Assembly: GCF_004010195.1 (NCBI RefSeq)
Contig: NC_057759.1
Coordinates: 572,264-636,263, forward strand
Length of the DNA: 64,000 nucleotides
DNA from: Chiloscyllium plagiosum
Lineage: Eukaryota
Direction: 5' to 3'
A program made the translations under genes and the position numbers. Below are positions 25,831 through 39,449 of the stretch, one piece after another. The first letter of the stretch is position 1; each line of letters starts with the position of its first letter. The notes below the pieces were generated by a model. That model saw nothing but the letters and a program-made list of their open reading frames with translations. It was not told the origin of the DNA and ran no database searches.

Positions 25831-27379
25831 ACTTGAATCTACCATTAATATTCCAAGAGCCCACGTCACTCAGAGACTACAGAATCTTATAAGATGGTGC
25901 TTAGAAACAGCTAAGATAAGCAAACATTGATGGGATTTGTACATCAAAATGAAAACTGAATTTAAAAATGTTGGGCATATTATAAAACAGAAAATTAGAT
26001 ATACGAGTTTGTGGGTTCTGCAGTAATAATGGATTGCTTGGAGTTTCACCTAAACTGTGTTAACCCAAATGCTGGGAATACGTTATTTCATGTTGAGCCC
26101 TGAGCTCGAGGTCAGGCTGTTTGAGAATTGGTGTTGTGTGATTGGAGGAGCTAATGTAAACGTTGCCAAAAAGGAGATTTTGGGAACTGTGATAATAATA
26201 TATTGAATTTTATATGACGTCAGAATACAAAACCGATTTTAAAAAAAAAGATACTTTCATAAACCTCATGTCATGCAAGCCATGAAGGCATGAGAAGCAA
26301 GTTGGCTTCAGTGAATTGGAAAATTATATGAAAAGCATTTAATAGAAGACAGGCATTGGTTTTTGTTTAAGTAAACACTTTAACATGTACAATACATATA
26401 TTCCCACCATAGTGCAAACAACAAAATGATGTGGTGAGTGAACGATGGTTAACAAAAAAAAGTTAAAGATCAAGGGAAGCGGCTCAGAAAAAAAAGGTGT
26501 CAGATATTGCGACCCAGCAAAGGGGGATCAATGAACTGACAAGGAAATCAACAATTACAAGAATGCAAACTAACAGTGAATATAACGACGAACAAACGCT
26601 TATGTCTATACTTGAAAGGGAAGTGAAGGAAAGGGCAAGTGTGGAATGGTGAATATCCAGTCAGGGTACTTTTTTTTCCTTGCAGAGATCTGACAAATAA
26701 AAAAAAAGAAACTACAATTGCCTTCATGCTTGTCTTGGTAGAGGCAAGTTTTTTAATGGGGGGAACTCAATCTATGTTCTCTTGAGATTCAAAGAATGCG
26801 CGGTGATTGCAGTGAAACTCAGAAAATTCACACAGAGGGACTGACTAACACAAGGGCATGGAGAAGTGCAAGCAGGCAGGTTTAGGATGAATCTCAAGGC
26901 ATTCTACACGTATATCAAACATAACAGAACAACCAGGGAACAATTAAGGACCGTGAGAAAATAAGAGGGAAATCTGTGTGTGAAGCTAGAGAACAATGAT
27001 AGATAGATACATGCAAGGTTCACATCTATTTTACTTGGGAGAAGGAGGATGCAGATACAAAATTCGAGAAGATACAATGTGAAGCTCTTGAGCAGATTGA
27101 TATAAGATGCAAGCAGGGATTGGAGGCTTCAGTTATTATAAAATTCTACCGCTAGGTCTGGATGAGTTGTATTACAAGCTGCTGTTGGAGACGGGACGGG
27201 GGTGGGGGTGGGGGGTGGGGGGGGGGGGGAAGACACTGACCCAAATGGTTAAGTAGATCGCAGGGGAATCTGGCTAAAGCACTGGAGAACAGCTATTCTG
27301 TTCTGACATTACAGCAAAGGTGGTGGAGATAGCCAAGGGAACTATAGACCAATGAGGATCAGATCTGTGTTAGGGAACG

Positions 27380-30300
27380 TGGGTAGAACAGGGACAGGAT
27401 TGGCTGTTGCAAGTTCCAGGGTTTAAATGTTTTAGTAGGGTCAGAGGTGGGGGCAAAAGAGTGGAAGGTGTGGCGTTGCTTGTCAAAGATAGTATTACAG
27501 TTGTGGAAAGGACGATGGATGAAGACTCGCCATCAGAGGTAGTTTGGGCTGAGGTTAGGAATAGGAAAGGTGAGGTCACCCTGTTAGGAGTTTTTTACAG
27601 GCCCCCTAATAGTCCTAGAAACGTAGAAGAAAGGATTGCGAGGATGATTCAAGAGAAGAGTGAAAGTAATAGGGTGGTTGTTATGGGGGACTTTAACTTT
27701 CCTGATATTAATTGGGAAAGCTATAGCTCAAGTTCGTTAGATGAGTCAGTGTTTGTCCAATGTGTGCAGGAGAGTTTCCTGACAATATGTAGACAGGCCA
27801 ACAAGAGGTGAGGCCATACTGGATTTGGTTCTGGGTAACGAACCAGGCCAGGTGTTAGAATTAGAGGTAAATGAGCACTTTGGGGACAGTGACCACAATT
27901 CAGTGACTTTTACTCTAGTGATGGAGAGGGATAAGAGTGCACTACAGGGCAAGAGTTATAGATGGGGGCAAGGAAATTATGATGCTGTGAGGCATGACTT
28001 AGGATGTGTGGCCTGGAAAAGTAAGCTTCAAGGCAAGGGTGTAATTGATATGTGGAGCTTGTTCAAGGAGCAACTATTGAGTGTCCTTGATAAGTATGTG
28101 CCCGTCAGGCAGGGAGGAAAGGGTCGTGTGAGGGAGCCGTGGTTTAATAAGGAATTGGAATCCCTTGTTAAATAGAAGAGGGCGGCCTATCTCAAGATGA
28201 GACGTGAAGGTTCAATTGGGGCGATTGAGAGTTATAAGGTAGCCAGGAAGGACCTGAAAAGAGAGCTAAGAGCAGCAAGGAGGGGACATGAAAGGTCCTT
28301 AGTAGATAGGATTAGGCAAAACCCTAAGGCTTTCTATAGGTATGTCAGGAATAAAAGAATAACTAGGGTAGGAATAGGTCCAGTCAAGGATAGTAGGGGG
28401 AAGTTGCGTGTGGAGGCGGAAGAGATTGGGGAGACACTGAATGAATACTTTTCTTCAGTATTCACTCAGGAACAGGGCATTGTTGTCGATGAGAATACTG
28501 AGGCACAAATAAGTAGAAGGGATGGCTTTGAGGTATGTAGAGAAGAGGTATTGGAAATCCTGGAAAAGGTGAAAATAGATAAGTCCCCTGGGCCTGATGG
28601 CATTTATCCTAGGATTCTCTGGGAAGCAAGGGAGGAGATTGCAGAGCCATTGGCCTTGATTTTTATGTCCTCATTGTCTACAGGAGTAGTGCCAGAAGAC
28701 TGGAGGATAGCAAATGTGGTTCCCTTGTTCAAAAAGGGGAGTAGGGATAGCCCTAGTAACTATAGGCCGGTGAGTCTCACTTCTGTTGTGGGCAAAATCT
28801 TAGAGAGAATTATAAGGGATAGGATTTATGAACATCTGGATAGGAATAATGTGATCAAGGATAGTCAGCAGGTCGTGCCTCACAAACCTTATTGAATTCT
28901 TTGAAAAGGTGACGAAGGAGGTTGATGAGGGGAAAGCGGTAGATGTGGTATATATGGATTTTAGTAAGGCGTTTGATAAGGTTCCCCATGGTAGACAACT
29001 GCAGAAAATACGGAGGTATGGCATTGAGGATGAGTTGGAGGTTTGGATTAGGTGTTGGCTGGCTGGAAGAAGACAGAGGGTAAAGGTTCATCTTGGAGTG
29101 CCCTATCTGCTCCCCAGGTGTAGTCATGTGCCCAGTTAAAGGTGAGGAATCTAACCCTCCAATCCCTTCTCAGAGGCTAATGGGCCTGTAACCAGACAGC
29201 CTGGATCATCATCATGGCTCCTTCAAATTGCTGTCTCATATTCGGTGGCTACTGTGTCTGTTACATATTAATCTACATAGGTAATGTACATACACAATAC
29301 ATACATTATTTATGTGTGTGTGTATAATATATGATACATATGTATTATATATGTATCATATATTATATACATACATAAAATATGAGCCCTGAAGAAGGGC
29401 CTATGCCTGAAACGTCGACTCTCCTGCTCCTCGGATGCTGCCTGCCCTGCTGTGTTTTTCCAGCACCACATTTTTCAAATAAAATATAAACAGTCCACCA
29501 GCTAGGTCAAGGTATCTCTTTCATATTTAATGAACTACACTGTAAGTATTATTTCAAACTGCTTTGTGCGTTCTGTTTGTTACCAATGCAGTTATAGCTG
29601 TGTTAATATTAAATGCATTCTTTGTGTCTGTTTATTAATTTATAAATGTTTAACTTTACCAGTGTGTCATTTACAAATCTGTCTATAAATGTTATTGATT
29701 AATTCATTTGTGTATTCATCAGTTGCAATAGTCATATTTTGTTATATTGGTTTTATTGATTATTTTTGTGTAAGTCTTGCTTTTGAATACATTTGCTTGT
29801 TTCTTCCAGTTGTTTCCAATACATCTGGATGTGTGTTTACATGAACAATAAGTTGACCTTACAACATTAATCAGTAACAACCTTCACCTGGAAGTGTCAG
29901 TATGATACATGCCGCAGTATCGAGTGGATGGGAAATAGAGTGGAGTTGAAACCAAAATGAAAAACACTATTCTGAAGCCCCTACCTGAGTCACAGCCCTA
30001 GCATGGACATCCACATGGAGGTGACCAAATGTTCAGAGTATGTGGGTAGGGAGGCAGGATTGAATAGGAGTGGGGTGAGGCACAGTTTCCAGGGTGAGAC
30101 GCAGGCAATAAAGCAGCTTCAGGCTCCATGATATGAGACTCAGCACGACTTCCTTCCACTTGTGTCTTGCTGGATCTGTGAAGGGTAGGCTAGCCCAGGT
30201 TGTGGAACAGAGTCACCTCGATGACACTTATTCAGCGAGTCGTGAGTTCATGGAATGCTCTGCCAGTAGCTGTGGTGGAGTCTCTTTCATTATGGGCATT

Positions 30301-30420
30301 TAAACGTGCATTGGATAGGCATATGGAGGATAGTGGGCTAGTGTAGGTTAGGTGGGCTTGGATCGGCGCAACATCGAGGGCCAAAGGGCCTGTACTGCGC
30401 TGTATTCTTCTATGTTCTAA
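27380..30420 (+). mobile_element. Young CR1: near-intact endonuclease and RT N-terminal half; RT C-terminal half replaced by ~1.1 kb unrelated sequence; 3' end at 30226-30420
   Basis: ORFs 27407-27811, 27825-28175, 28197-28895, 28909-29139 (GVFYRPP, GDFNFP, SDHN, KSPGPDGIYPR, DFSKAFDKVPH); short duplication aacgt at both junctions. Confidence 0.92.
29389..29419 (+). ncRNA. Hammerhead ribozyme core in short pLTR repeat (29389-29478)
   Basis: CUGAAGA-A-GGGC(CUAU)GCCU-GAAA-CGUC; stem I weak. Confidence 0.55.
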
Positions 30421-31172
30421 CGTATGGGAGAAAATAGGGAAGGATTTAATTGATCGCCATTTAGGGACTATCAGGGGTATTCAGCATGACTCTATCAGAG
30501 GAAATTCATGCCTGACGAATTTCAGTATTTTTTTTCTTGAAGATTTTACTAAAAAAGTAAAATCTCATGATATTAAGGGCAACTTGTCAAGTTGCATTTA
30601 AAATGGTCTCAGAGGCAGGAGACAGAGAGTGGTTGTAGAATGCTGTTTGTGTGACTTGCTATACCACAGGGAGCAGTGCTATACCCCGTATTATCTGTGA
30701 TATTCATAAATGATGTAAATGTGATTCCGAGATGCCTTGCTATACCACAGGGAGCAGTGCTATACCCCGTATTATCTGTGATATTCATAAATGATGTAAA
30801 TGTGATTCCGAGATGGGGAGGTGTTGGGAACTGTGAGAAGTAAATTTGTGTTTGACACTAAGATTGACTGGGTGGCTGACAATGAGGAGGAAGAACCTAT
30901 GTTACAGGCAGAATGGTCAGATGAGCAGATCGATGGCAGATGGAATTTAACCATTATAAATATGATCTGATGCACTCTGGAAGAAGAAACCAGACAGGGG
31001 AATAATTAATGAATGGAAGCACACTAGGAATTTCAGGGGGTGCTTTGACACAGATCCCTGAATGTCTCTATACAGGTGAGGAGTCAAGTTAATAGAGCAA
31101 AGGGGACTACGTGTATAGCCTTTATTCTTCGAGGTATAAATTATAAGAGCTTTGCAGGACTTTTGTTACAAC

Positions 31173-32382
31173 ATAGAATATAGATAATAGAATAATACAA
31201 CGTAGAACAGGTCCTTTGGCCCTCGATGTTACGCTGACCTGTGAACTATTCTCAGTTCGTCTCCCTACACAATCCCAAAATCACCCATGTGCTTATCTAA
31301 GGATTGTTTAGATCTCGCTAATGTGGTTGAGTTGACTACATTAGCAGGCAGTGCATTCCACGCCCTTACCACTCGCTGCATGAAGAACCTGCCTCTGACA
31401 TATGTCTTAAATCTATCACCCCTCAACTTGTAGTTATGCCCCTCGTACACGCTGACGTCATCTTCTGAGGAAAACGATTTTCCCTGTCGACCCTATTTAA
31501 TCATCTGATCATCTTGCATGTCTCTATCAAATCCCCTCTTAGCCTTCTTGGTCCCAATGAGAACAGGTCCAAGTCTCTCCGCCTTGCCTCATAAGACCTT
31601 CCCTCCATACCAGGCAACATCCTCCGTACCTTTTCCAATGCTTCCACATCATTTGCAAAATATGGGGACCAGAACTGTGCACAATATTCCAAGTGTGGCC
31701 GCACCAGCATTTTGTATAGTTCCGGCATGATATTGTGGGTCCAGAACTTAATCCCTCTATGAATGAAACCTAACACACGGAATGCCTTCTTAAAAGCACT
31801 ATCCACCTGATTGGCAACTTTCAGGGGTCTATGTACATAGACTGCAAGATCCCTCTGCACATCCACACTACCAAGAATCTTTCCATTGACCCAGTAGTCT
31901 GCCTTCCTGTTAATCTTCCCAAAGTCCAACATCTCAGATTTAGCTGCATTGAACTCCATTTGCCACCTCTCACTCAAATTTTGCAGTTTATCCAAGTCCC
32001 TCTGCAACCTGTAACATTCTTCTACACTGTCCGCTATTCCACTGACTTTAATGTCTTCTGCAAATTCACTCATCCATCTACCTATGTCTGCCTGTAAGTC
32101 ATTTACAAAAATGACAAAAAGCAGTGATCCCAAAACAGATCCTTGAGGCATACCACTGGTAACTGGACTCCAGGTGGAAAATTTTCGTACAACCACCACT
32201 CGCTGCCTTCTTTCAGAAAGCCAGTTTCTAATCCAAACTGCTAAATTACCCTCAATTCCATGCCTCTGCATTTTCTCCAACAGCCTACCATGTGGAATCT
32301 TATCAAAGGCTTTACGGAAGTCCATGCATACCACGTCAACTGCCCTACCTTCATCTACATGTTTGGCCACCTTCTCAAACAG
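31173..32382 (-). mobile_element. CR1 RT domain plus 3' UTR
   Basis: 302-aa ORF with DFRKAFDKIPH, GMPQGSVLG, RPHLEYCAQFWSP; reversed tail acatagaa at ~31170. Confidence 0.93.
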
Positions 32383-32699
32383 CCTAAAGTTATGAGGGGC
32401 ATGGACCATTTAGTCAAAGGGCCAAGAACAAGGGAGTACACTTTTACAATGAAGGATTGGAGATTGAGAAAGGATTTGAGGATGGTTTTTCACCCAGAGT
32501 CTGTTGAGGTCTTGAATACAGCGGGGTTGATTAACCTCACAACTGTGTACAAGTATTTGGACGAGCACTTGAAATATCATAGCATTACTGGCTACGGGCC
32601 TCGTGTAGGGAAATAGGACTAATGTAGATCGTGCTGTATTTCTGGTGGTGCAGAGTCTATTCTTCTGAGATTTCATGTTTGTGGAAGGTCAACCATTCA

Positions 32700-34570
32700 G
32701 CAGTTAAAGACAGGAATTCTTAGGCTTCCGAATAGTGAATTAACAATAGTGAACTGTAAGAGCTTCTAAAAACGTGCCACTTGGAAAGGTTAGAGTAACT
32801 AATACAGCTTCCTTGCACTCTAAAATGTAGAAAGAAAAACAGGGAAATTCCAGAAATAAGAATCGACTGCTTCCATTCTGTCTTCACCGAAGAAAACAAA
32901 ACAAAAAAAAACTTCGCAGCAATGCTTAGAAAACAAAGCGAATAGAATGAAATCAGTTAATAAACGTTTTGGGAGAAATTATTGTAACTGAAAGTATTGG
33001 GTATAAATAATATAAATTTTAATTTATGAAATGGGAATCATATTTGAACAGCTAACTGGAAGATACGTTATAGAGAAACAATGGATACAATGCATTTGGA
33101 TTTTTAGGAAGACTTGGATAAAGTCCCAAACCCATTGTGTAACATGAAATCTTATGGGATCGGGCTGATGTATTGACATGGTTTTCAAACGGGAGAGCTG
33201 ACATGAAAGACGGATTAGGCATGAAAGAATGTGTTTTTTGGAGGGGAAGGCATTTGGGAAGTCACAGGTGTTGGTGTTTGATCCCAGCTATTCCTAATAC
33301 ATACTAAACATTTTGTTGAGGGAGTCAAATGCAATATTTTCAGGTCCGCTGATAGCACTAAACGGTTTTGAACTGTTAGTGGATGAGGAGAATGTAAAAG
33401 AAAATATTCCAAGGTGATTGAGGCAACTTGAGTGATGGTCGAATACGTGGCAGATAAAGAGCAATGTGGACATATGTGACTTTGTGCACTTTGGTCGGAA
33501 AAAATAGAACAGCAGCCCATCATTTGAAAAGGGTTTGCTTGAAAGATATTATTTTATAAAGGGACATAACATTATTTTTTGTATTACTCTGTTCAGACAT
33601 CTGAGGCTCGTGGATGTCACTAAGTTTTGAAGCCAGAATTTAATACAAGAATTATTCCTGATGAAGAGTTTAGATTAGATTACTTAGTGTAGAAACAGAC
33701 CCTTCGGTCCAACAAATCCACACCGACCCTCTGAAGTGCAAACCACCCAGACCCATTCCCCCACATTTACCCCTTCACCTAACACTATGCGCAATTTAGC
33801 ATGGCCAATTCACCTAACCTGCACATTTTTGGACTGTGGGAGGAAACCGGAGCACCTGGAGTAAACCAACGCAGACACGGGGAAAATGTGCAAACTCCAC
33901 ACAGACAGTTGTCTGAGGCGGGAACGTCGACTCTCCTGACCCTTGGATGCTGACTGAACGGCTGTGCTTTTCCAGCACAACGCTTTTTTACTCTGATCTC
34001 CAGCATCTGCAATCCTCACTTTATCCAAAGACTGGAAAATGGATTTACACACTGACCGGTGTACATAGAATCACTAAATGTGTAACTGTAGTATTGAAAA
34101 GGATAAGGAACTTAAGGGTGTCTTATTGAAGCTTTATAGGACCTTAGTGAGAACTAATCTCGCACATTGTGCAGTATTGAGGGAGTGCAGTGAAGGATTG
34201 CCAGACTGATCTCTGGGATGACAGGCTTGTTGTCTGAGCAATGTATGGATCGACTGGGTCTGTACTCTATGGAGTTTAGGAAAATGATTAGATATGTCAG
34301 TGAAATGTATAAACTTCTGATGGGGTGAGACCGATAGGAAGCAGGGATGACAATTCCCCGAGCTAAGACGTCTACAATAAGGACTGGGGAGGAGGAAAGC
34401 AGTGTTAGGTACAGGCAGGCCACTTTGCATTGAGATGAGAATAAATGCCTGCACTCAGAGATCGGTGAACCAGGAAAGCCAAAGCACTGAATATAAATAA
34501 GGATTTCTAGACTCTGAAGGGATAAAGAGAGAGCAGGAGTATGGTGTGGAGGTCGAGGATCAGCATGGCA
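32700..34570 (+). mobile_element. Old CR1 ORF2 and 3' end
   Basis: Degenerate ttggatttt...ttggataaagtccca and ctttataggaccttagtgaga motifs. Confidence 0.7.
33672..33922 (-). mobile_element. HE1-like V-SINE inserted in a short pLTR repeat (33655-34025)
   Basis: Minus strand tgtgtggagtttgcacattttccccgtgtctgcg with tail taatctaatcta; flanks read cctgatgaagag on the left and aacgtcgactctcctg on the right. Confidence 0.85.
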
Positions 34571-34773
34571 GACAAATGATTTTTATGTGGGCAACAAACA
34601 ATGTTCAACTAATTTTGTATTGATTAAATGGTGCGAAGTTGGAAAATGTTGTTTGAAAGTATCTGGCACCCTTGATAATGAGTAATCCAAAATAGCATGT
34701 ACAGGGGTCATAGAATCACGGGGACTTAGAGCATGGATTCAGGCCATTTGACCCAAACTAGTTTATGCATACT

Positions 34774-35551
34774 TGTTACGAAATCGAAAGCATGTTGGTT
34801 CACTTTAGGATAGAAAGCATTTTCAGGAATTTAAAGTACATCCACAGCTGCCAGCCAAATGTCGGGCTGTTCCAAACGTAAAAACTGTTAAATGAATACC
34901 CGAGTTTTGGTTACTGTTTAAAAAAAAAAATCAACTTTAATCAATTAGTTTAACTTATGCCTAGAATATCAGAAGCCAATGGAATTTGGACTTTATTCTT
35001 TTGACACCTGTAAACCAATCAAATATTAAGAACTTATTATGTGATGAGGGTTATTGAAATTTTGAGGGAGAGGAACTGCAGTTGAACAACAAAGCAACTG
35101 CTGTACAGCCAGAGAGCAAGCTGCCCATTTAACATCTTGGCCTCAAAGACATTTGAAATCACTCTCTATCAAAGGTAGGTTTTCATGTTAACAAAAAAAA
35201 AGACAACTCAGGGCGATCAGCAGACGGAAGATTGAACACAGCAGAAAAGACCGAGACAGTGTGGTCTTGAGTTTAAGTTAATGTAATGCTTCGTCAGTGA
35301 GTTATTGGAAGAACATATTTTATAGAGTTGAAGTCAAATAGTAAGTAGTTAAGAAAAGTGGAGCTAGGATATTATGAATGATGGTTGCCTAGTGTCCAAT
35401 ATTAGATGTCAGAAAGCAAACTGCTGTTTTACTTTAAATAGTGGAACATAGGAGTTCTCCTTCACTCAGACTTTAACACATTACGAGGCAAAGTGAGCTT
35501 TTCTCAATGTTTAATAAATTAAAAGTGGGATTCGACCTCCATGTTCTAACA
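34774..35551 (+). mobile_element. 5' LTR of Gmr1-like Gypsy element
   Basis: TG...CA termini; immediately followed by a PBS-like sequence and gag. Confidence 0.75.
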
Positions 35552-38500
35552 GTTTGGGGATCGTTGTCCGGGATTTGGACAGAGTGAAGTACAAAAATGC
35601 CCCAGCAGATTTAATCACTTGCCAATTAGTGTTCCAGAAATTTCAGCCAAACTTGGCTGAAAAATTTTGTTTATTTTTGATTACATGTGGTTGGTTACAT
35701 TTAAAGTGAGGGAAATGGTTCTTTCCATAGCTAAAGAGGTTCTGGAGTTTTACGATGCTTCCCAAATTGTCCAAGAAAGTTTAAAAAGACAGAATTGGGT
35801 TTAACCACGGAATCAAGGAAAACTGAAACTGTAATGGACTTTCTTGAGGACATATATGTATCAGAGAAACAACAAATGCAGTACAGTTAGAAAAGCTTAA
35901 ATTGTAATTGAGGCAAATTGAGATAGAAGATTAGGGAAGGGAAATCAGGTTCTTAGCTGAACAAAAAAAGAAAAAGAATGAGAGATGAAAGAGAAGAGAA
36001 AGGGAGAGAAGGTGCTGATCTGAACAAAAAAAAAGAAAGCAAGAATCTGAATTTCAGAAGGTTCGAATTAGTCTGGAAAGTCATGTTAACAGGTTGGAGG
36101 TGAAGGGAGAATGTAGAAATATTGCAATGTTTTGATGAGAAAGATGCGGAAGCCCCTGTCATTTCAATGGGAAAATTGGCTCGGCTTGATGTGGCCAGTG
36201 AACGTGTGGGTAATGCTGTTTCAGACTAAGCTGGAAGGCAGAGCTCATGAGGCATTTGCGGCACGAACAGAGGAGGGGTCAAAAGATTGTGCAGCTGTCA
36301 AAAGGCTATTTTGAGTGTCAGTGAGCACAAGCGTATCGGCAGTGGTTCAGAAACTTTAAAAAATGTCAGACTTATGTTGAGTTCGAATTTGTTAAACATA
36401 GCAGTTTTGATAGGTTCGTGCGGCTCTGACAAAGGGACGAGTCCTATGAGGTTCTAAGAAAGATTGCTTTGCTAGTGGAGTATAAAAAATCACTTCCAGC
36501 GATGATAAGAATTCGCGTGGATGAACAGAAAGTTGACGAAGTGAGAAGAGGGGCAGATATTTCAGATGAACATGCATTGGTGCATAATGTGTAATGTAGC
36601 TTCTGACAGCAATTTCATTCTGTGAGGGATAAGAATGAAATTGGAAATCCTTCACTCCAAAACAAAGTATGAAGACTGGTATTATTTTACCACATGTGAA
36701 AGAGAAAGCCCAAGAAGGTGGAAAGGAGGTGAAAGGCTTAAGGTGTTTTCACTGTAATGAGGTTGGACTCATAAAGTTAAAGTGTCTGTGGTTTAAGAAA
36801 GGCACTCAGATAAGGGGTATTCGATGCTATACGGTAGGATATATAGAATCAATGTGGTGGTCATTGAAGGAAGGCACGGTGGGAAAATATGTGGTAAAAG
36901 AGGGTAATCTAGTGGGGTTAGTCAAAGTAGTAACGAAAACCTCAAGAAGTGTCGAGGAGATGCAGGAAAGTGCACGGTCGAGGCAGCGGCTGGGTACTGA
37001 GTTAGTGCGTGATCTCAGCAAAGGCTTCACCTCGCTGGTAAAGTTTACTCAGAAAGAACAGGGAGAGAAGGGAAGGATACTTTAACTTTGAGTGATATCG
37101 AATCAAATAAGTCTCTAATAATAAGAAACGAACTTTTTTGCACTCTTTCTGACCATTTACTCGAGAGGGTAATGATTTGTGAAATAGATGGACAGAAATG
37201 TTACATTTCCATATGTAACATCAGGTTGGAAAAGTAAATCAAGACTGGGGAATTAGCAGTCGGAGTGATTGACAGAGTGTCAGTTTCTGGAATACAGTTG
37301 AATCTTGGCAAGGATTTAGCAGGATCCAACGTGGGAGTGACAATCTTTGTTGTGGAGAAGCCAAAGGAAGACAATGGAACTGATGAATTAAAATAAAGAA
37401 AAAACCTTGAATTTTTCCACACTCCATGGTAACAAGTTCCCACTGTTATACGTTATTTCAAGAAGGAAATACTTAATTGAAAGACGATGGAATTGCGATT
37501 TACTTAGTGATGCATTAGTACAGAAAAAAAAAACCGGAAAAGGTTGAGGTGCTTAGACCTGAAAGGCTAATGAACTTACAACAGAAATACGACACAATAA
37601 AAGAAACATACGTTGATACATACTCAGAAAAGGAATCAATATTTATTCTTGAGGGCTATTATTTAAAATATAGAATCCTAAGACGAAAATGCAGGCCACA
37701 ACAGCTTAGTACAAAGGATACATGGGCAGATGTGCACCAGATTGTGTTGTCAGTAGCATACAGAGAGGATGTACTATTGGTAACGCATGAATTGCCAGTA
37801 GGTTATCACATAGATGAAGGGAAGGCTCAAAAGATGTCTAGTCGCCGAGACTGCAGAAGGACAATTTTTTCCCGACATGTCATAAATCCCAAATGCTAAG
37901 TAAGCCATGGGCAGTAATAAAATTAGCAAATTTGTTGTCAATTCGAGCATTTGAAGATCTTGTTTACGTTGGATATGATTGATTGTGTAGGTCGCCTTTC
38001 GAAAAATAAAAGTGGGAATTAATACTTGCTAATCATAATAGATATGTTTACCAGATTTTCGGAGGCACTTCTAGTATGGAGTTTTCAGGAAAAGGAAAGT
38101 GAGAAAGTGGAGGAGTTAAGATCTTTCTTTAACAGATATGGGTTATCAGAGAGATCCAGTCAGATTAAGGATATAATTTTGCTGCTCTGTTGCTTTAGGA
38201 AGTTTAGTCATACAACACTGTGTCTAACGTCCTGAACCTCAAGAAGACTTGGAAAGGTGGCATCAGAACCTGAAGACTATGTTTACAATCTACTGTCAGG
38301 TTTAATCGAATAATTGGCATAACTTATCCCATCGCATTGTTTGCCATTAGAGATGCCCCAAATGAATCCATCCAGCTTAGTTCCGAGAGGTTAATATTCG
38401 GATGTGAAGTGAGACGTCTTTTGAAGCGAATTGAATAAAAATTGATAGGACTGAAGTTGGAGACATCACACTTGTATTATGTTTCTGAGGTGAGAGAGAG

Positions 38501-39445
38501 ATTAAATCAGTTGGGGGAGTTAGCTAAGCAGTACTCGAAGAGGACAGAGCATAGAATGAAGCAGGTGGCAGAGAAAAACTCTAGAATTCAGAGGCTTTCC
38601 CAAGGAAATGACGTATGCGTATTGATCCCATTGTAAGGCAAACCCTTCAAAGCCAGTGTTAATGTTTCCTACCAGATTAAGAAAAGGTCAGTCAGTTAAA
38701 CTATCTGGTAAAGACGCCAGAAAGTAAAGGAATGCTATATTGGGTACGTCATGTGAATACACTGTAATCTTATTACAATAGAGAGACGGAAATGGAGAAA
38801 CAGTTGTTAGTTACAAAATTGCAGAGTGAGGAACGAAATCCAAATGGCACAGATGTTGATATGCCTCAAATACATTTAATAACGTGGAAGGTATTGAGGA
38901 ATTAGATAGAATAGTGAGTTATCTGTCTCCAGAGCAAATAATCGATTTGAAAGGTTTCATGAAGCAATGTGATGATATATACAAAAACAGAATGGGGAGA
39001 TCTAATAGTGCTGTGCATGCCATGGAAGTAGGGACTTCTGTTCCGATAAAAACAAATTCCTATGGTTTAATCCTTTCAAAGCCACACAGATCCAGAAGAA
39101 AGTGGATGGCAGGTTCAACAAAGATATCATCAAACCAAGTCAGACTGAGTTGAGTTCACTGAGCACGTTAGTTCGCAAATCTGGCAGTTCGCAACGATTT
39201 TATATGGACGATCGGACGTTGAATGCCTTAAGTAAATTGGACTTCTATTCAATACCATGATTGAAGGATTGCATAGGTTAAACTGAACAAGCAACATACA
39301 TCCCAGACTTGGAGTTACTGCATTGTTAATGGCAGGTGTCTTTATCAGAGTAGCAAATATGTTTCGGTGTTTGTCACGCCAAATGAGCTACATTAATTCA
39401 ATGTGATGTGTTTTGAAATGAAGAACACAACAGCCACAACACAAG
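35552..39445 (+). mobile_element. Gmr1-like Ty3/Gypsy internal region (gag, protease, integrase, RT), decayed and 3'-truncated
   Basis: WVMLFQTKLEGRAHEAF; zinc knuckle CFHCNEVGLIKLKC; integrase DCVG..LIIIDMFTRFSEA at ~37980-38070 lies upstream of RT motifs (PIKTNSY, degenerate FGMKNAPATFQR at ~39410-39445). Confidence 0.85.
35555..35574 (+). promoter_or_regulatory. Primer-binding site, tRNA-Pro-like
   Basis: tggggatcgttgtccgggat resembles the tRNA-Pro PBS TGGGGGCTCGTCCGGGAT, 3 nt after the LTR end. Confidence 0.65.
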
Positions 39446-39449
39446 GAGG

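Larger units (their letters stand above)
26200..32680 (+). mobile_element. Old CR1 remnants hosting younger CR1 insertions (27380-30420 and 31173-32382)
   Basis: aactatagaccaatgag...ttagggaacgt continues as cgtatgggagaaaatagg after 30420; 3' UTR remnant at ~32580-32680. Confidence 0.6.
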
